In this document: piece by piece, positions 10,491-19,991 of the stretch
How the letters are laid out: each line of letters starts with the position of its first letter
Numbering within the stretch: position 1 is the stretch's first letter
Source of the DNA: Chloroflexota bacterium
GTDB lineage: Bacteria; Chloroflexota; Dehalococcoidia; Lucifugimonadales; UBA3495
Assembly (NCBI GenBank): GCA_009840135.1
Contig: VXOH01000011.1
Location: 6,559 to 50,117, forward strand
Length of the DNA: 43,559 nucleotides
Direction: 5' to 3'
The notes under the pieces: model-generated
Seen by the model: the letters and a program-made list of their open reading frames with translations, nothing else
What the model was told of the DNA's origin: nothing
The model's database searches: none
Translations under genes and position numbers: made by a program

Positions 10491-11252
10491 CTATTCCCAG
10501 GGCTCGTTAATCAGAACAAGTTCGGTAAGCAACCCGTGGTCGCAACCCAACACTTCTCCGGAACGGCGGGCGAAATCCGTCAGTATCCCGAAAGTGCCCG
10601 CAGCGGCAGGCCCCAGGTTTTCCAGGTAAGCCTTGTGGCGCTTTAGAGATTCCAGGCCCTGCTCCCAATAGCCCGACACATCGATTCCATGGGTGGCGGT
10701 CTGCTGGTCCACTCCCAGGACAGCGGCAAATCGAACTCCGTTCCACGGAGCTAACCCTTCTTCCAGCAGCTCCGGGAAAATCCACCGGTTGCCGGCATCA
10801 CGGGCGGCGTCCAGCACCGCCAGCCCGACGTTCCGGTGGTCGGCCATGTTCAGGTGCCCGGAAGCAAACTTGAGATGGTAGCTAAGGGTTACCAGGGCGT
10901 CCGGGCGGTGTTTTCGCATTGCCCTGCTCAAGTCCCGGCGGAGGGGCAGGCCATACTCAATAATGCCGTCGGGATAGCCCAGGAACTCCACCGTTTCCAC
11001 TCCCACCACCTCAGCCGCCTCTATTTCTTCCCGGGACCGCAGCGGCCCCACGTCGGCAGGGTGCATTCCATCTATTCCTGCTTCACCGCTGGAAACCATC
11101 AGGTATATTACCTTCTTCCCCTGGGCGGTCCATTTGGCCACCGCGCTGGCTCCGCCGTATTCCATGTCATCAGGATGGGCAACAATGGCCAATGCGGTTT
11201 GCCAGTCTTCAGGCATCTTGGGGATAGGTTCCGGCGATGGTTGTAGCTGCAT
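10491..11252 (-). CDS. PIG-L/LmbE family deacetylase
   Basis: AIVAHPDD, SSGEAG, R..E...AA and ADHR. Start placed at ATG 11252 after a GGAGGAG RBS. Confidence 0.9.
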   Translation of the reverse strand: MQLQPSPEPIPKMPEDWQTALAIVAHPDDMEYGGASAVAKWTAQGKKVIYLMVSSGEAGIDGMHPADVGPLRSREEIEAAEVVGVETVEFLGYPDGIIEYGLPLRRDLSRAMRKHRPDALVTLSYHLKFASGHLNMADHRNVGLAVLDAARDAGNRWIFPELLEEGLAPWNGVRFAAVLGVDQQTATHGIDVSGYWEQGLESLKRHKAYLENLGPAAAGTFGILTDFARRSGEVLGCDHGLLTELVLINEPWE

Positions 11253-11373
11253 TCTCTCCTCCCATTTCGCGATTGTCCATGAAACTCGGTACCAGGAAAA
11301 GACGATGCGGCGCGTACTAATGCGCCGCATTCGAGCCGACAGGTTTGAGAGGCTAACGGAACCAAAGAGACTG

Positions 11374-12258
11374 CTAGCTTCTTGACCCCAGTTTTACCGC
11401 CAGGGGCTGGGTGCTGACTATGTGCTTCTGGAGGCCCAATTCCTGGGCCGGTATGCCCATGGCCAGGCCAATAGCCTGGGGCAGGTGCAGAATAGGAAGG
11501 TCCACGCTGCGCTTCAGTTGCGCTGAAGCCTTGGGCTGATAGCCGTCAAGGTTCAGGTGGCACAGCGGGCAGGGAGTTACCATGACATCGGCGCCCAGGT
11601 CCTTGGCTTCCGAAGTGTGCTTGCCCACCATGGCCATGGAGTTCTTCTCATTGATGGTCAGAATGGGGAAGCCACAGCAGCGCGTCTTTCCCTCGAAATC
11701 CACTACCGTAGCGCCAAGCGTCTCAATCAGGGTCTCCAGCGACGTCTGGCGTTCCGGGTGGTCTTCAATGTCCAGGGCTTCGGTGGGACGCACAATATAG
11801 CATCCGTAGAAGGGAGCCATGCGTACACCCGCCAGCGGACGGGTCACCAGCTCGGTTACCTTGTCCAGCCCGATATCCTCAATCAGAATCCAGAGAAGGT
11901 GCTTGGGCTCGGCGGTGCCTTTGTATTCCAGCCCCTCTTCCGCCAGGTAATCGTTAATCTGGGCCAGATACTCCGGATCTTTGGTCAGGCGCTTGTTGGC
12001 CTGGCTCATCACTCCCTGGCAGGTGCTGCAGATAGTCAGAATGGGCAGTCCCATCTGCTCGGCCTTGGCAAAATTGCGAGCGTTCAGGGTGTCACCGAAA
12101 AGCTGGTTCTTCTCCTGCATAACTCCGGCGCCGGTGCATGTCCAGCCCGGAATTTCCTCCAGATCAATGCCGATGCGCTCACAAATGAGCATGGCCGCCG
12201 GATACAGTTCCGGCGCGGCTCCCTGGGAGACGCAGCCGGGGAAAAAAGCGTACTTCAC
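11374..12258 (-). CDS. CCG-domain HdrB-like subunit (SdhE-type anchor of succinate dehydrogenase)
   Basis: FFPGC, CTGAG, ICSTC, FYGC, RCCG and TPCPLCHLNLD. Follows sdhAB. GTG 12258 follows an AGGAGG RBS. Confidence 0.88.
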   Translation of the reverse strand: MKYAFFPGCVSQGAAPELYPAAMLICERIGIDLEEIPGWTCTGAGVMQEKNQLFGDTLNARNFAKAEQMGLPILTICSTCQGVMSQANKRLTKDPEYLAQINDYLAEEGLEYKGTAEPKHLLWILIEDIGLDKVTELVTRPLAGVRMAPFYGCYIVRPTEALDIEDHPERQTSLETLIETLGATVVDFEGKTRCCGFPILTINEKNSMAMVGKHTSEAKDLGADVMVTPCPLCHLNLDGYQPKASAQLKRSVDLPILHLPQAIGLAMGIPAQELGLQKHIVSTQPLAVKLGSRS

Positions 12259-12381
12259 TATCTGGTTCCTCCTGTAGTTGGGCCCCGTCACACGGGGAAA
12301 TGGGCTGCCAGTCCTACGTGTTCAGCCCCCATCATCGTGGAGCATCGGGGGTGGGCTTCCATACTCAGTTGCTTCAACCAC

Positions 12382-13386
12382 CTAGCCGAAGGGGGAATTC
12401 CTGCCGATCTGGGGGCCGGCGAGGTCCGGCTCCAGCTTGCGAAACAAGCGCCGAACGTTCTCCACGTTTTCAACGTTCTTGTGCCGGATGGGGGGCATTT
12501 TGCCGTGGGTGAGGGCCCGCCAGCCCACCGGAGCGTAGCTGAGCATCGCGCCGATATTGGTAATTCCGCCCACCGACTTGATGGGCAGGCGCAGCTCGTC
12601 CAGACGGCCGCTGTGGCCCACGGACTCCGTGAAAGCGCTGGTATGCCTGGCGCCATTGTTGTTGGTAAAGCCGGCGCTTACGGCCTGTTCCCGCAGCGCC
12701 ATAATGCGGTCCATGGGAGCCACGCCCTTGGGGCAGGCCTGGACACACTCATTGCAGCGGGTGCAGTCCCACATGCCGGTGGCCTCACTCAGGTTGCGGA
12801 GCCTATCGCGGGAAACGCCCTCCCGGTCTCCATCCCGCGGGTCGGCGGTGAAACGGTAAGCCTTGGCCAATGCCGCGGGGCCCAGGAAGGTGGGGTCCAC
12901 CTCCAGGACCGTGCAGTCGGAAACGCAGGCGCCGCACATAATGCAGGCCGTAACTCCCGAAAGGTGCAGCATGGACTCGTTGGAAGCGATATATTCGCCT
13001 TCGGGTTCGGCTCCCTGCGGCTGCAAGTAGGGTTCGACCTCACGGATCTTGTCCCAGAAAAGGTCGAAGTCCACCGTCAAATCCTTGATGACCTTCATCA
13101 CGCCGGCCGGCTCCACCGTAACGCAATTGTCCTCGTCTATGGCGCGGGACAGGGACGTCTTGCAGGCCAGTCCCGCATGCCCATTGATGCGAACGGCGCA
13201 GGAACCGCAAATTGCGCTGCGGCACGAACACCGCAAGGTAAGGGTGCCGTCAATTTCCTCACGAATCTTGATGAGGGCATCCAGGACGGTGGCATTATCG
13301 GGGACCGATACCGAAAAGTCTTCCCAATAGCTGTGCGGCTGGTCCGCTTCCGGATCAAATCTCTTAATTTTGATGGTTACGTCCAT
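12382..13386 (-). CDS. sdhB: Succinate dehydrogenase/fumarate reductase iron-sulfur subunit
   Basis: SCRSAICGSC...LAC ([2Fe-2S]), CIMCGACVSDC and CTRCNECVQACP. Confidence 0.95.
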   Translation of the reverse strand: MDVTIKIKRFDPEADQPHSYWEDFSVSVPDNATVLDALIKIREEIDGTLTLRCSCRSAICGSCAVRINGHAGLACKTSLSRAIDEDNCVTVEPAGVMKVIKDLTVDFDLFWDKIREVEPYLQPQGAEPEGEYIASNESMLHLSGVTACIMCGACVSDCTVLEVDPTFLGPAALAKAYRFTADPRDGDREGVSRDRLRNLSEATGMWDCTRCNECVQACPKGVAPMDRIMALREQAVSAGFTNNNGARHTSAFTESVGHSGRLDELRLPIKSVGGITNIGAMLSYAPVGWRALTHGKMPPIRHKNVENVENVRRLFRKLEPDLAGPQIGRNSPFG

Positions 13387-13389
13387 TGA

Positions 13390-15069
13390 CTAATACTTCC
13401 TCTCTTCGGGCTGCCACTTGGTAATGGTGACGGGCAGGTAGGAAAGCTCAGGTCCGACCTCGCCCTTCCGGGCAACGATATGCTTCAGCCAATTGTCGTC
13501 GTCCCGCTCCGGGAAGTCGGTGCGGGCATTCGCGCCCCGGCTTTCCCTGCGTTCCAGCGCGCTGAAGGCAATGGTATCGGCAACATCCAGCATGTAACCC
13601 AGTTCCAGGGCGAACACCAGGTCTGTGTTGAAGATCCGGTTCTTATTCTGTACCGGTACCTGGTTATACCGGTCGCGCAGGTCGGAGAAATCGCGAATGG
13701 CCTCACTGATGCTTTGCTCATCGCGGAACACGGCCACATTGCGCACCATGGACTCGCCCATGGCCTGGCGGATAGCGCCCCACCGGTCGCCGTTGTCCGG
13801 CCGTTCCAGCATCTCATTGATGCGCCGCTCCTCCCGGGCCACTGCCTCTCCTTCGTCAAAATCAACGAACTCCACGCCTCGGCAGAACTCCGCTGCGTGA
13901 TTGCCGGACCGCTCACCGAAAACGATGGTGTCCAGCAGGGAGTTGGCGCCCAATCGGTTGCCGCCGTGGACGCTGACGTTGGCGCACTCGCCGGCCGCAT
14001 AAACCCCGGGAATGCTGGTCAGGCCGTTAATGTCGGTCTTTATTCCGCCCATGATGTAGTGCATGCCGGGGCGGATGGGCACCGGTTCCCGGATCATGTC
14101 AACGCCGGCCAGGTCAATGCCTATCTCGCGGATCTGGCTCAGCTTCTCCATGATCAGGGCCTCACCCAGGTGGGTGCAATCGAGAAATACGCAGCCGTTG
14201 ACGCCGTTTCCGGCGTTTATTTCGGTCTGTTCAGCCCGGGAAACCACGTCGCGAGAAGCCAGTTCCATCATGTTGGGAGCGTATTTCTCCATGAAACGGT
14301 GGCCGTTCTTGTCCCGCAGGTAGGCGCCCTCGCCGCGGGCTGCTTCTGACAGCAGTACTCCGCTGCCGGCCAGGGTCGTGGGATGGTACTGGACCATTTC
14401 CATGTCCATCAGGCCGACACCAGCGTTGTAAGCAAGCGCCATGCCGTCGCCGGTTACGATCAGGGCATTGGTGGAGGGTTCAAAAATGCGCCCGCAGCCG
14501 CCGGTGCAGAAAATGACTGTTTTGGCGCGTATGGCATGAATTTGACCCGTGCGTATTTCGAGGGCCATTACACCGGCAACCTGGCCGTCTTCCTCAATCA
14601 GGGAAGTAACGAACCACTCCTCGTAACTGCGCACGCCCGACTTGATAAGCTGCTCGAACATCACGTGAAGCAGGGCCTGACCGGTGAAGTCGCCCACAAA
14701 GAAAGTACGGGCCCGGCGCTGACCTCCGAAAGCCCTGGTGCCGAGCTTCCCTTCGTCGTCCCGGTTGAAGGTCACGCCCATGTGTTCCATATCAATGAGA
14801 GCGCGACCGGCGGAACTGCACATCACCTCGATGGCGTCCTGATCACCCAGGAAATCGCTGCCTTTAATGGTGTCGTAGGCGTGGTCTTCCCAATCGTCGC
14901 CCCGGTCCAGCAGGGCGGCGTTGATCCCCCCTTGCGCGGCGTTAGAATGGCTGCGCACCGGATGGACCTTGCTGATTATGGCCGTATTGGCCCCGTTGGC
15001 GCTGGCGGCAATGGCAGCTCGCATTCCCGCCAGGCCGGCGCCTATGACCAGAACATCATGCTCCAGCAT
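13390..15069 (-). CDS. sdhA: Succinate dehydrogenase/fumarate reductase flavoprotein
   Basis: IGAGLAG, RSHSNAAQGG (covalent FAD His), QYHPT, HYIMGG and VHGGNRLGANSL. Confidence 0.96.
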   Translation of the reverse strand: MLEHDVLVIGAGLAGMRAAIAASANGANTAIISKVHPVRSHSNAAQGGINAALLDRGDDWEDHAYDTIKGSDFLGDQDAIEVMCSSAGRALIDMEHMGVTFNRDDEGKLGTRAFGGQRRARTFFVGDFTGQALLHVMFEQLIKSGVRSYEEWFVTSLIEEDGQVAGVMALEIRTGQIHAIRAKTVIFCTGGCGRIFEPSTNALIVTGDGMALAYNAGVGLMDMEMVQYHPTTLAGSGVLLSEAARGEGAYLRDKNGHRFMEKYAPNMMELASRDVVSRAEQTEINAGNGVNGCVFLDCTHLGEALIMEKLSQIREIGIDLAGVDMIREPVPIRPGMHYIMGGIKTDINGLTSIPGVYAAGECANVSVHGGNRLGANSLLDTIVFGERSGNHAAEFCRGVEFVDFDEGEAVAREERRINEMLERPDNGDRWGAIRQAMGESMVRNVAVFRDEQSISEAIRDFSDLRDRYNQVPVQNKNRIFNTDLVFALELGYMLDVADTIAFSALERRESRGANARTDFPERDDDNWLKHIVARKGEVGPELSYLPVTITKWQPEERKY

Positions 15070-15095
15070 ATTTCTTGCTTTCTCCCCTCAATATC

Positions 15096-15118
15096 GGCAA
15101 TGGCTTTTTGCCATTGCC
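15096..15118. other. Perfect hairpin between nudF and sdhA
   Basis: GGCAATGGC-TTTTT-GCCATTGCC (9-bp stem) just upstream of the sdhA RBS. No U-tract follows on the minus strand. Confidence 0.5.
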
Positions 15119-15132
15119 TTATCGTCGCCTAA

Positions 15133-15726
15133 TTATCCAACAGAACCGGCATCGCCAACAACCCGAAGGGCTTGCAGCAGGGCGGCTATGCTCTTGGCGT
15201 CCCTGATTTCTCCTCTCTCTATGAGTTCCAGGGTCTGAGGCAGCGGCACCCTGACGGTATCCACTATCTCATCGTAGTCCTGTTCCAGATCCGAAGGTTT
15301 CAGGTCTGTGGCCAGGAATGCGTACATATACTCGTCGCACCAGCCGGGGGCCAGCCAGAAGCCCGGAAGGGCGCGCAATTCACCCGCAACGTGGGAAACC
15401 TCCTCCTGAAGTTCCCGCATGGCCGCTTCCTCCGGAGTCTCCCCCTCTTCAATACCGCCGGCCGGAACTTCCAGCAGCACCGACTCCGTCGGCTTGCGAT
15501 ACTGGCGCACAAGGAGGACGTTGCCCTCGGCGTCCAGGGGAACCATGCAAACCGAATCCGAGTGCTCCAATACCTCCCGGACGGTCAGCCTTCCGTTGGG
15601 CATCCGCACCCGGTCCTTTCGCAGGGCAAGAATGGCGCCCTGGTAGATCCGGGCAGATGCAACCGTTGCTTCCGTGAAATCCCTGTCCGGGGAACCGTTG
15701 CTCCGGGTGGAACCGTCTTCGACCAC
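15133..15726 (-). CDS. nudF: NUDIX hydrolase, ADP-ribose pyrophosphatase-like
   Basis: LVRQYRKP, Nudix box PAGGIEEGETPEEAAMRELQEE, and IRDAKS. Confidence 0.88.
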   Translation of the reverse strand: MVEDGSTRSNGSPDRDFTEATVASARIYQGAILALRKDRVRMPNGRLTVREVLEHSDSVCMVPLDAEGNVLLVRQYRKPTESVLLEVPAGGIEEGETPEEAAMRELQEEVSHVAGELRALPGFWLAPGWCDEYMYAFLATDLKPSDLEQDYDEIVDTVRVPLPQTLELIERGEIRDAKSIAALLQALRVVGDAGSVG

Positions 15727-15757
15727 GCTGAATTCCTTTCGTCTCGTCCGGCGGCTT

Positions 15758-16621
15758 CTATTGGCCCCGAATGCTGAAGCCGAGGCGGCGCGTCAACGTC
15801 GAGTAAAAGTGACTTGGGGGTTGAGCCCGCAGGAATCGGGCCTTATGGGGGCTTTGTTCAATCTCTACCCGGTCCCCGGGATGAAGGGGACGCTCAAAGT
15901 AGCCGTCCACACTCAGCACAGCGCCCTGGGCTCCCTCCAAATGGAGGCCTACCCTGGCTTCCGGGGCCAGAACCAGGGATGCCGAGAGTCCCACGTGGGC
16001 GGCCACAGGTTTCAGCACCAGGCTTTCGGACAGGGGGTCCAATATAGGGCCGCCCACCGCCAGACTGTAGCCGGTACTGCCGGTGGCAGTTGCCAGGATA
16101 ATGCCGTCCGCCCGCAAAGAGGCCACCTCCGCTCCGTCAACAGTCGTGCGGATAGTGACCACGCGAGACACGGCGCCCCGAGACATAACAACGTCATTAA
16201 GGGCATGGAAGGGACCCTCTTCGCCGGGAAGGCTGGTATGTGATCCGCGAATAATTCGCGCCGTTATCATGTTGTGAGAATCAATGCGAACACTGCCGTT
16301 ATAGTAGGTGGGAAGTTTCTCCAGCGCATCGTGGACCTGGAGTTCAGTCATGAAACCCAGCCGTCCCATGTTTATTCCCACCATGGGCACCTTTAGCGGA
16401 GCGGTCAACTGGACTGCCCGCAGCATGGTCCCGTCGCCGCCGGCGGTGACAACCAGGTCGGTGCTGGTTACCTGTTCCCTGAGCTCTTCCAGGTTTTCAG
16501 CCGGCGAAATCCAACTGCTCTGCTCCAGAGAAAGCTCATTAACGATGGCCGTGCTGACATCCAGAGCCTCGGGTATGCGGGAGTTGTAGATGATGCCGAC
16601 AGTTCTAATCTGGCTGGACAA
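15758..16621 (-). CDS. nadK: NAD(+) kinase
   Basis: GGDGTML, GINMGRLGFM, ALND and ADGIILATATGSTGYSLAVGGP. Confidence 0.95.
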   Translation of the reverse strand: MSSQIRTVGIIYNSRIPEALDVSTAIVNELSLEQSSWISPAENLEELREQVTSTDLVVTAGGDGTMLRAVQLTAPLKVPMVGINMGRLGFMTELQVHDALEKLPTYYNGSVRIDSHNMITARIIRGSHTSLPGEEGPFHALNDVVMSRGAVSRVVTIRTTVDGAEVASLRADGIILATATGSTGYSLAVGGPILDPLSESLVLKPVAAHVGLSASLVLAPEARVGLHLEGAQGAVLSVDGYFERPLHPGDRVEIEQSPHKARFLRAQPPSHFYSTLTRRLGFSIRGQ

Positions 16622-16844
16622 TTCGACAGACCCTTCAATTCAATGTGGATTACGGGCCCCGGACACAGCAGTCTAGCATCCCATAAATTTGAGTGTCAAT
16701 TAAAGGCGAAATCGCAAACAAACGCTACGATTTACGCCGCCCCTCTTGGCCCATCGCAAACCGCAAGCGGAGGTAACATCCGGAGTCCCTTCAGTCTTCG
16801 CCGCATTCTTGTCAAGTTTGTGAAGGCAGAGAAGGCCATGTTCG

Positions 16845-18428
16845 TCACGGAGCCAGGATGCCCGGCAAAGAGGTTACCGCACCCTCGGCGCCCTGAATCA
16901 CGGGGCCAAAGACTATGCCCAGCAACACCGTGCATATTGCCGTAATGGTGAGGGCAAGCATTCCATATTTGGATATTCCCTGCGGCTGGAGAGTTACCTC
17001 ATCGGGTTGCAAGGTGTTTTCCGAGCCTTTCACCGCCTCAGATTCGGGATCAAGGAACATGGTCCGAATAACCCGAATGTAATAATAGGCGGAAACTACA
17101 CTGTTTATAGCGCCCAGCACCGCCAACCAGACCAGTTCGCTCTTTACCGCCGCTGCGAACAAATATATCTTGCCCACGAAAATTCCCGTAGGCGGCACAC
17201 CGATCAGGGCCACCAGGGCCAGGGCCAGGGCCAGGGCCGGCAATCTGTATTTCCGGAACACGCCGCCATAGTCTTCAATCAAATCGCTGCCTATCTTGCT
17301 GTTGATGACCAGGATGGCGAAGAAGGCCGTCAAGTTCGCGGCAGCATAGGCAACCAGGTAGAACAGGACACTGCTGGGGCCGAAGGTGGTAAACGCGCCG
17401 GAGTCGCTCGTACCGCTGCCGTCCCGGGCCACCGCGGCAACGCCTACCAGGATATACCCGGCGTGGGCTATGGTGCTGTAGCCGAGAAGCCGCCGGATAT
17501 TGCTCTGGGCGATGGCCACCAGGTTGCCAACGGTCATGGATACGGCCGCCAGTACCGCCAGCAACATACCCCAGTTGGCGTCAAAGGGCAGAAAGCCGCT
17601 GTAGAGGAACCGGAGAAGCAGCGCGAAGGCCACGGCCTTGCTGGCAACCGACAGTAAAGCCACCATCGGAATGGGAGCGCCTTCATACACGTCGGGTACC
17701 CACATTTGAGACGGTACAGCCGAAAGCTTGAAGGCTATGCCCACGGTCAGGACAACCACGCCCACCAAGACCGCATAACTGCCAAAGGCCAGGCCCTGTT
17801 CGGATGGGCCGCCCAGGGCCAGCGCAATTCCAGCCAGGGTAGTTGACCCGCTGAATCCGTACAGAAGGGCCATGCCATAAAGGGTCAGCGCCGAACTGAT
17901 GGCCCCTATCACCATGAATTTCATCCCAGCTTCGCTGGAGGAAGAGTTGGGAAGAAATGCCGCGATGGCTACCAAAGGCAGCGTGGTCAATTCCAGGGCA
18001 ACGTAAATGGTAATCAATTCGGTGGCTGATGCCATCAGCATCATGCCGGTGGCGGAGAGCAGCATCAGGCCATAGAACTCTCCTTTCAACCTGGGCAGAG
18101 CCCTGACGTAATCCACCGAGGCGAGAAACACCAGGGCCAGGGAGACTACCACCAAGAGGTTGAAGAAAACGCCAAACCGGTCAACTGCCAGGCTGTCCGA
18201 AAGGATGCTGTCGGACGGGACCAGGTTTTCTGCGCCGCTGCCGAACAGAAGCCCCGGGAACTCGGTGAGCTGAGCCCAGGCGAAGGAAAGTGGAAGGATG
18301 AGTCCTACAAGCGCAACCGCGCCCACCAGACCCTTTCTGTTCAGGACAAGATCGGCCAGTATTACCAGGATACCCAGTCCTGCCATGGACAGCTGCGGCG
18401 ATATAAGAAACAGGTCGTTAAGCGACAT
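16845..18428 (-). CDS. nuoN: NADH-quinone oxidoreductase subunit N
   Basis: Polytopic protein with EAGMKF, FKLSAVP..W.PDVYEGAP and RLLGYSTIAHAGY. Confidence 0.95.
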   Translation of the reverse strand: MSLNDLFLISPQLSMAGLGILVILADLVLNRKGLVGAVALVGLILPLSFAWAQLTEFPGLLFGSGAENLVPSDSILSDSLAVDRFGVFFNLLVVVSLALVFLASVDYVRALPRLKGEFYGLMLLSATGMMLMASATELITIYVALELTTLPLVAIAAFLPNSSSSEAGMKFMVIGAISSALTLYGMALLYGFSGSTTLAGIALALGGPSEQGLAFGSYAVLVGVVVLTVGIAFKLSAVPSQMWVPDVYEGAPIPMVALLSVASKAVAFALLLRFLYSGFLPFDANWGMLLAVLAAVSMTVGNLVAIAQSNIRRLLGYSTIAHAGYILVGVAAVARDGSGTSDSGAFTTFGPSSVLFYLVAYAAANLTAFFAILVINSKIGSDLIEDYGGVFRKYRLPALALALALVALIGVPPTGIFVGKIYLFAAAVKSELVWLAVLGAINSVVSAYYYIRVIRTMFLDPESEAVKGSENTLQPDEVTLQPQGISKYGMLALTITAICTVLLGIVFGPVIQGAEGAVTSLPGILAP

Positions 18429-18442
18429 ATCGTTCTTGCTCG

Positions 18443-19987
18443 CTACCTGGCCGTCGCGATGGGTGACTGGGCAGCATTGATCATATCCACCATGGGCGCG
18501 ACTGCCGTGTCAAAAACGTCGGTCAAGACGGCCGGATAAACGCCCACCACAACTATGCTGATAACCAGGAGCGCCAGGGGTATGGCTTCCAGCGGGGAGG
18601 CGTCGGTTAGTCCGTCAAAGCGTTCGCGGCGCGGGCCGAAAAGTGACCGCTCCAGCATCCACAGAATGTAGCCCGCCGCCAGGATTATCCCCAGCACGGA
18701 CAGGGCGGTCATCAGCGGATATGCCCGAAATGCACCGAAAAAGACGAGCACTTCAGAAACGAACCCGCTCAGCCCCGGAAGCCCAAGGGAAGCAAACCCG
18801 GCTATGGCCAGCGCTGCCGCCGCCATGGGCATTCGGGAGGCCAGACCACCCAGGTCCGGAATATACCGGGTGTGGGCCTTGTCGTAAATCAGGCCCACTC
18901 CCACGAACAGCAGTCCGGTGATGGTCCCGTGGGTGAACAGCTGCATCGCCGCTCCGCTCAACCCCGTTCCGTTCAACTGTCCGGCAGCGGCTCCCACCGA
19001 CCCGATTCCCACCAGAACCAGCCCCATGTGGCTGACGCTGGAATTGGCAATCAGGCGCTTCAGGTCCGTCTGGCGAATCGTCACTACTGCGCCATAGAGA
19101 ACGCTGATCACGCCCAGCGTTATCAGCGCCCAAGCGAAGGCGTTCACCTCGTTGGGAAACATGCCGACGTTAACTCTCAGGAGGCCGTATCCTCCCATCT
19201 TCAGCATCACGCCGGCCAGCATGACACTGGCTGCCGTAGGAGCGTCGGTGTGAGCGTCCGGGAGCCAGGTATGCACCGGCCAGGTGGGGAGCTTCACCGC
19301 AAAGGCGGCGAAAAACAGCCAGAACAACACGCCCATCGGCAGAACCGCTGAGCCGGAGTTCAGCATCGAACCGGCCTCCAGCAGCGAGGTCATATCAAAG
19401 GAACCGGACGGCTGGCTAAGGAATATGGCCACGATGGCGACCAGCATGAACGCGCTGCCCAATATCGTGAAGATAAGGAACTTCATCGCCGAATACGCCC
19501 GGCGACCGGTGCCCCAGCCGGCGATGAGCATGTACATGGGCAATAGCTCCAGCTCCCAATACAGGAAGAACAGGAGGAAGTCCAGCGAGGTAAAGACTCC
19601 CATCACTGCCGTTTGCAATAGAAGGAGCCATATGAAATACTCCCTCACCCGTTCACCGATAGACCAGGAAGCGATAATGGCGCAAAAACCGAGGAGACCC
19701 GTAAGGAGGACCATCGGCGCGCTGAGACCATCCACTCCGAGCAGGTAGCTGGCGTTGAATGTCTCGGTGGAAATCCACGTAATGCGGTCAATCAACTGGA
19801 AACGGTCGGCCCCCATCCCCCGGTCAAAGCTGACAAACACGGCGGCGGCCAGCAGCAGGTCGGCCAGGCCCACGGCAAAGGCGAAGGCTCGAATCGCCCG
19901 GTCACCCCGGACTAACGCCAGGATCAACAACGCCCCCAGCGCCGGGAGAAACACCGTCAGTGTCAGCATTCCGGGGAAGTGGAACAT
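18443..19987 (-). CDS. nuoM: NADH-quinone oxidoreductase subunit M
   Basis: GVDGLS, WELELLP, HTWLPDAHTDAPT and LKMGGYG. Start placed at ATG 19987 after GGAGG. Confidence 0.95.
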   Translation of the reverse strand: MFHFPGMLTLTVFLPALGALLILALVRGDRAIRAFAFAVGLADLLLAAAVFVSFDRGMGADRFQLIDRITWISTETFNASYLLGVDGLSAPMVLLTGLLGFCAIIASWSIGERVREYFIWLLLLQTAVMGVFTSLDFLLFFLYWELELLPMYMLIAGWGTGRRAYSAMKFLIFTILGSAFMLVAIVAIFLSQPSGSFDMTSLLEAGSMLNSGSAVLPMGVLFWLFFAAFAVKLPTWPVHTWLPDAHTDAPTAASVMLAGVMLKMGGYGLLRVNVGMFPNEVNAFAWALITLGVISVLYGAVVTIRQTDLKRLIANSSVSHMGLVLVGIGSVGAAAGQLNGTGLSGAAMQLFTHGTITGLLFVGVGLIYDKAHTRYIPDLGGLASRMPMAAAALAIAGFASLGLPGLSGFVSEVLVFFGAFRAYPLMTALSVLGIILAAGYILWMLERSLFGPRRERFDGLTDASPLEAIPLALLVISIVVVGVYPAVLTDVFDTAVAPMVDMINAAQSPIATAR

Positions 19988-19991
19988 CCCG

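Noticed and set aside
11557-13389. 610-aa plus-strand ORF
   Set aside because: Antisense to sdhB and the CCG subunit, with no motifs.
17205-17238. (CAGGGC)n short tandem repeat
   Set aside because: Encodes the ALALAL stretch of a NuoN TM helix, so it is ordinary coding sequence.
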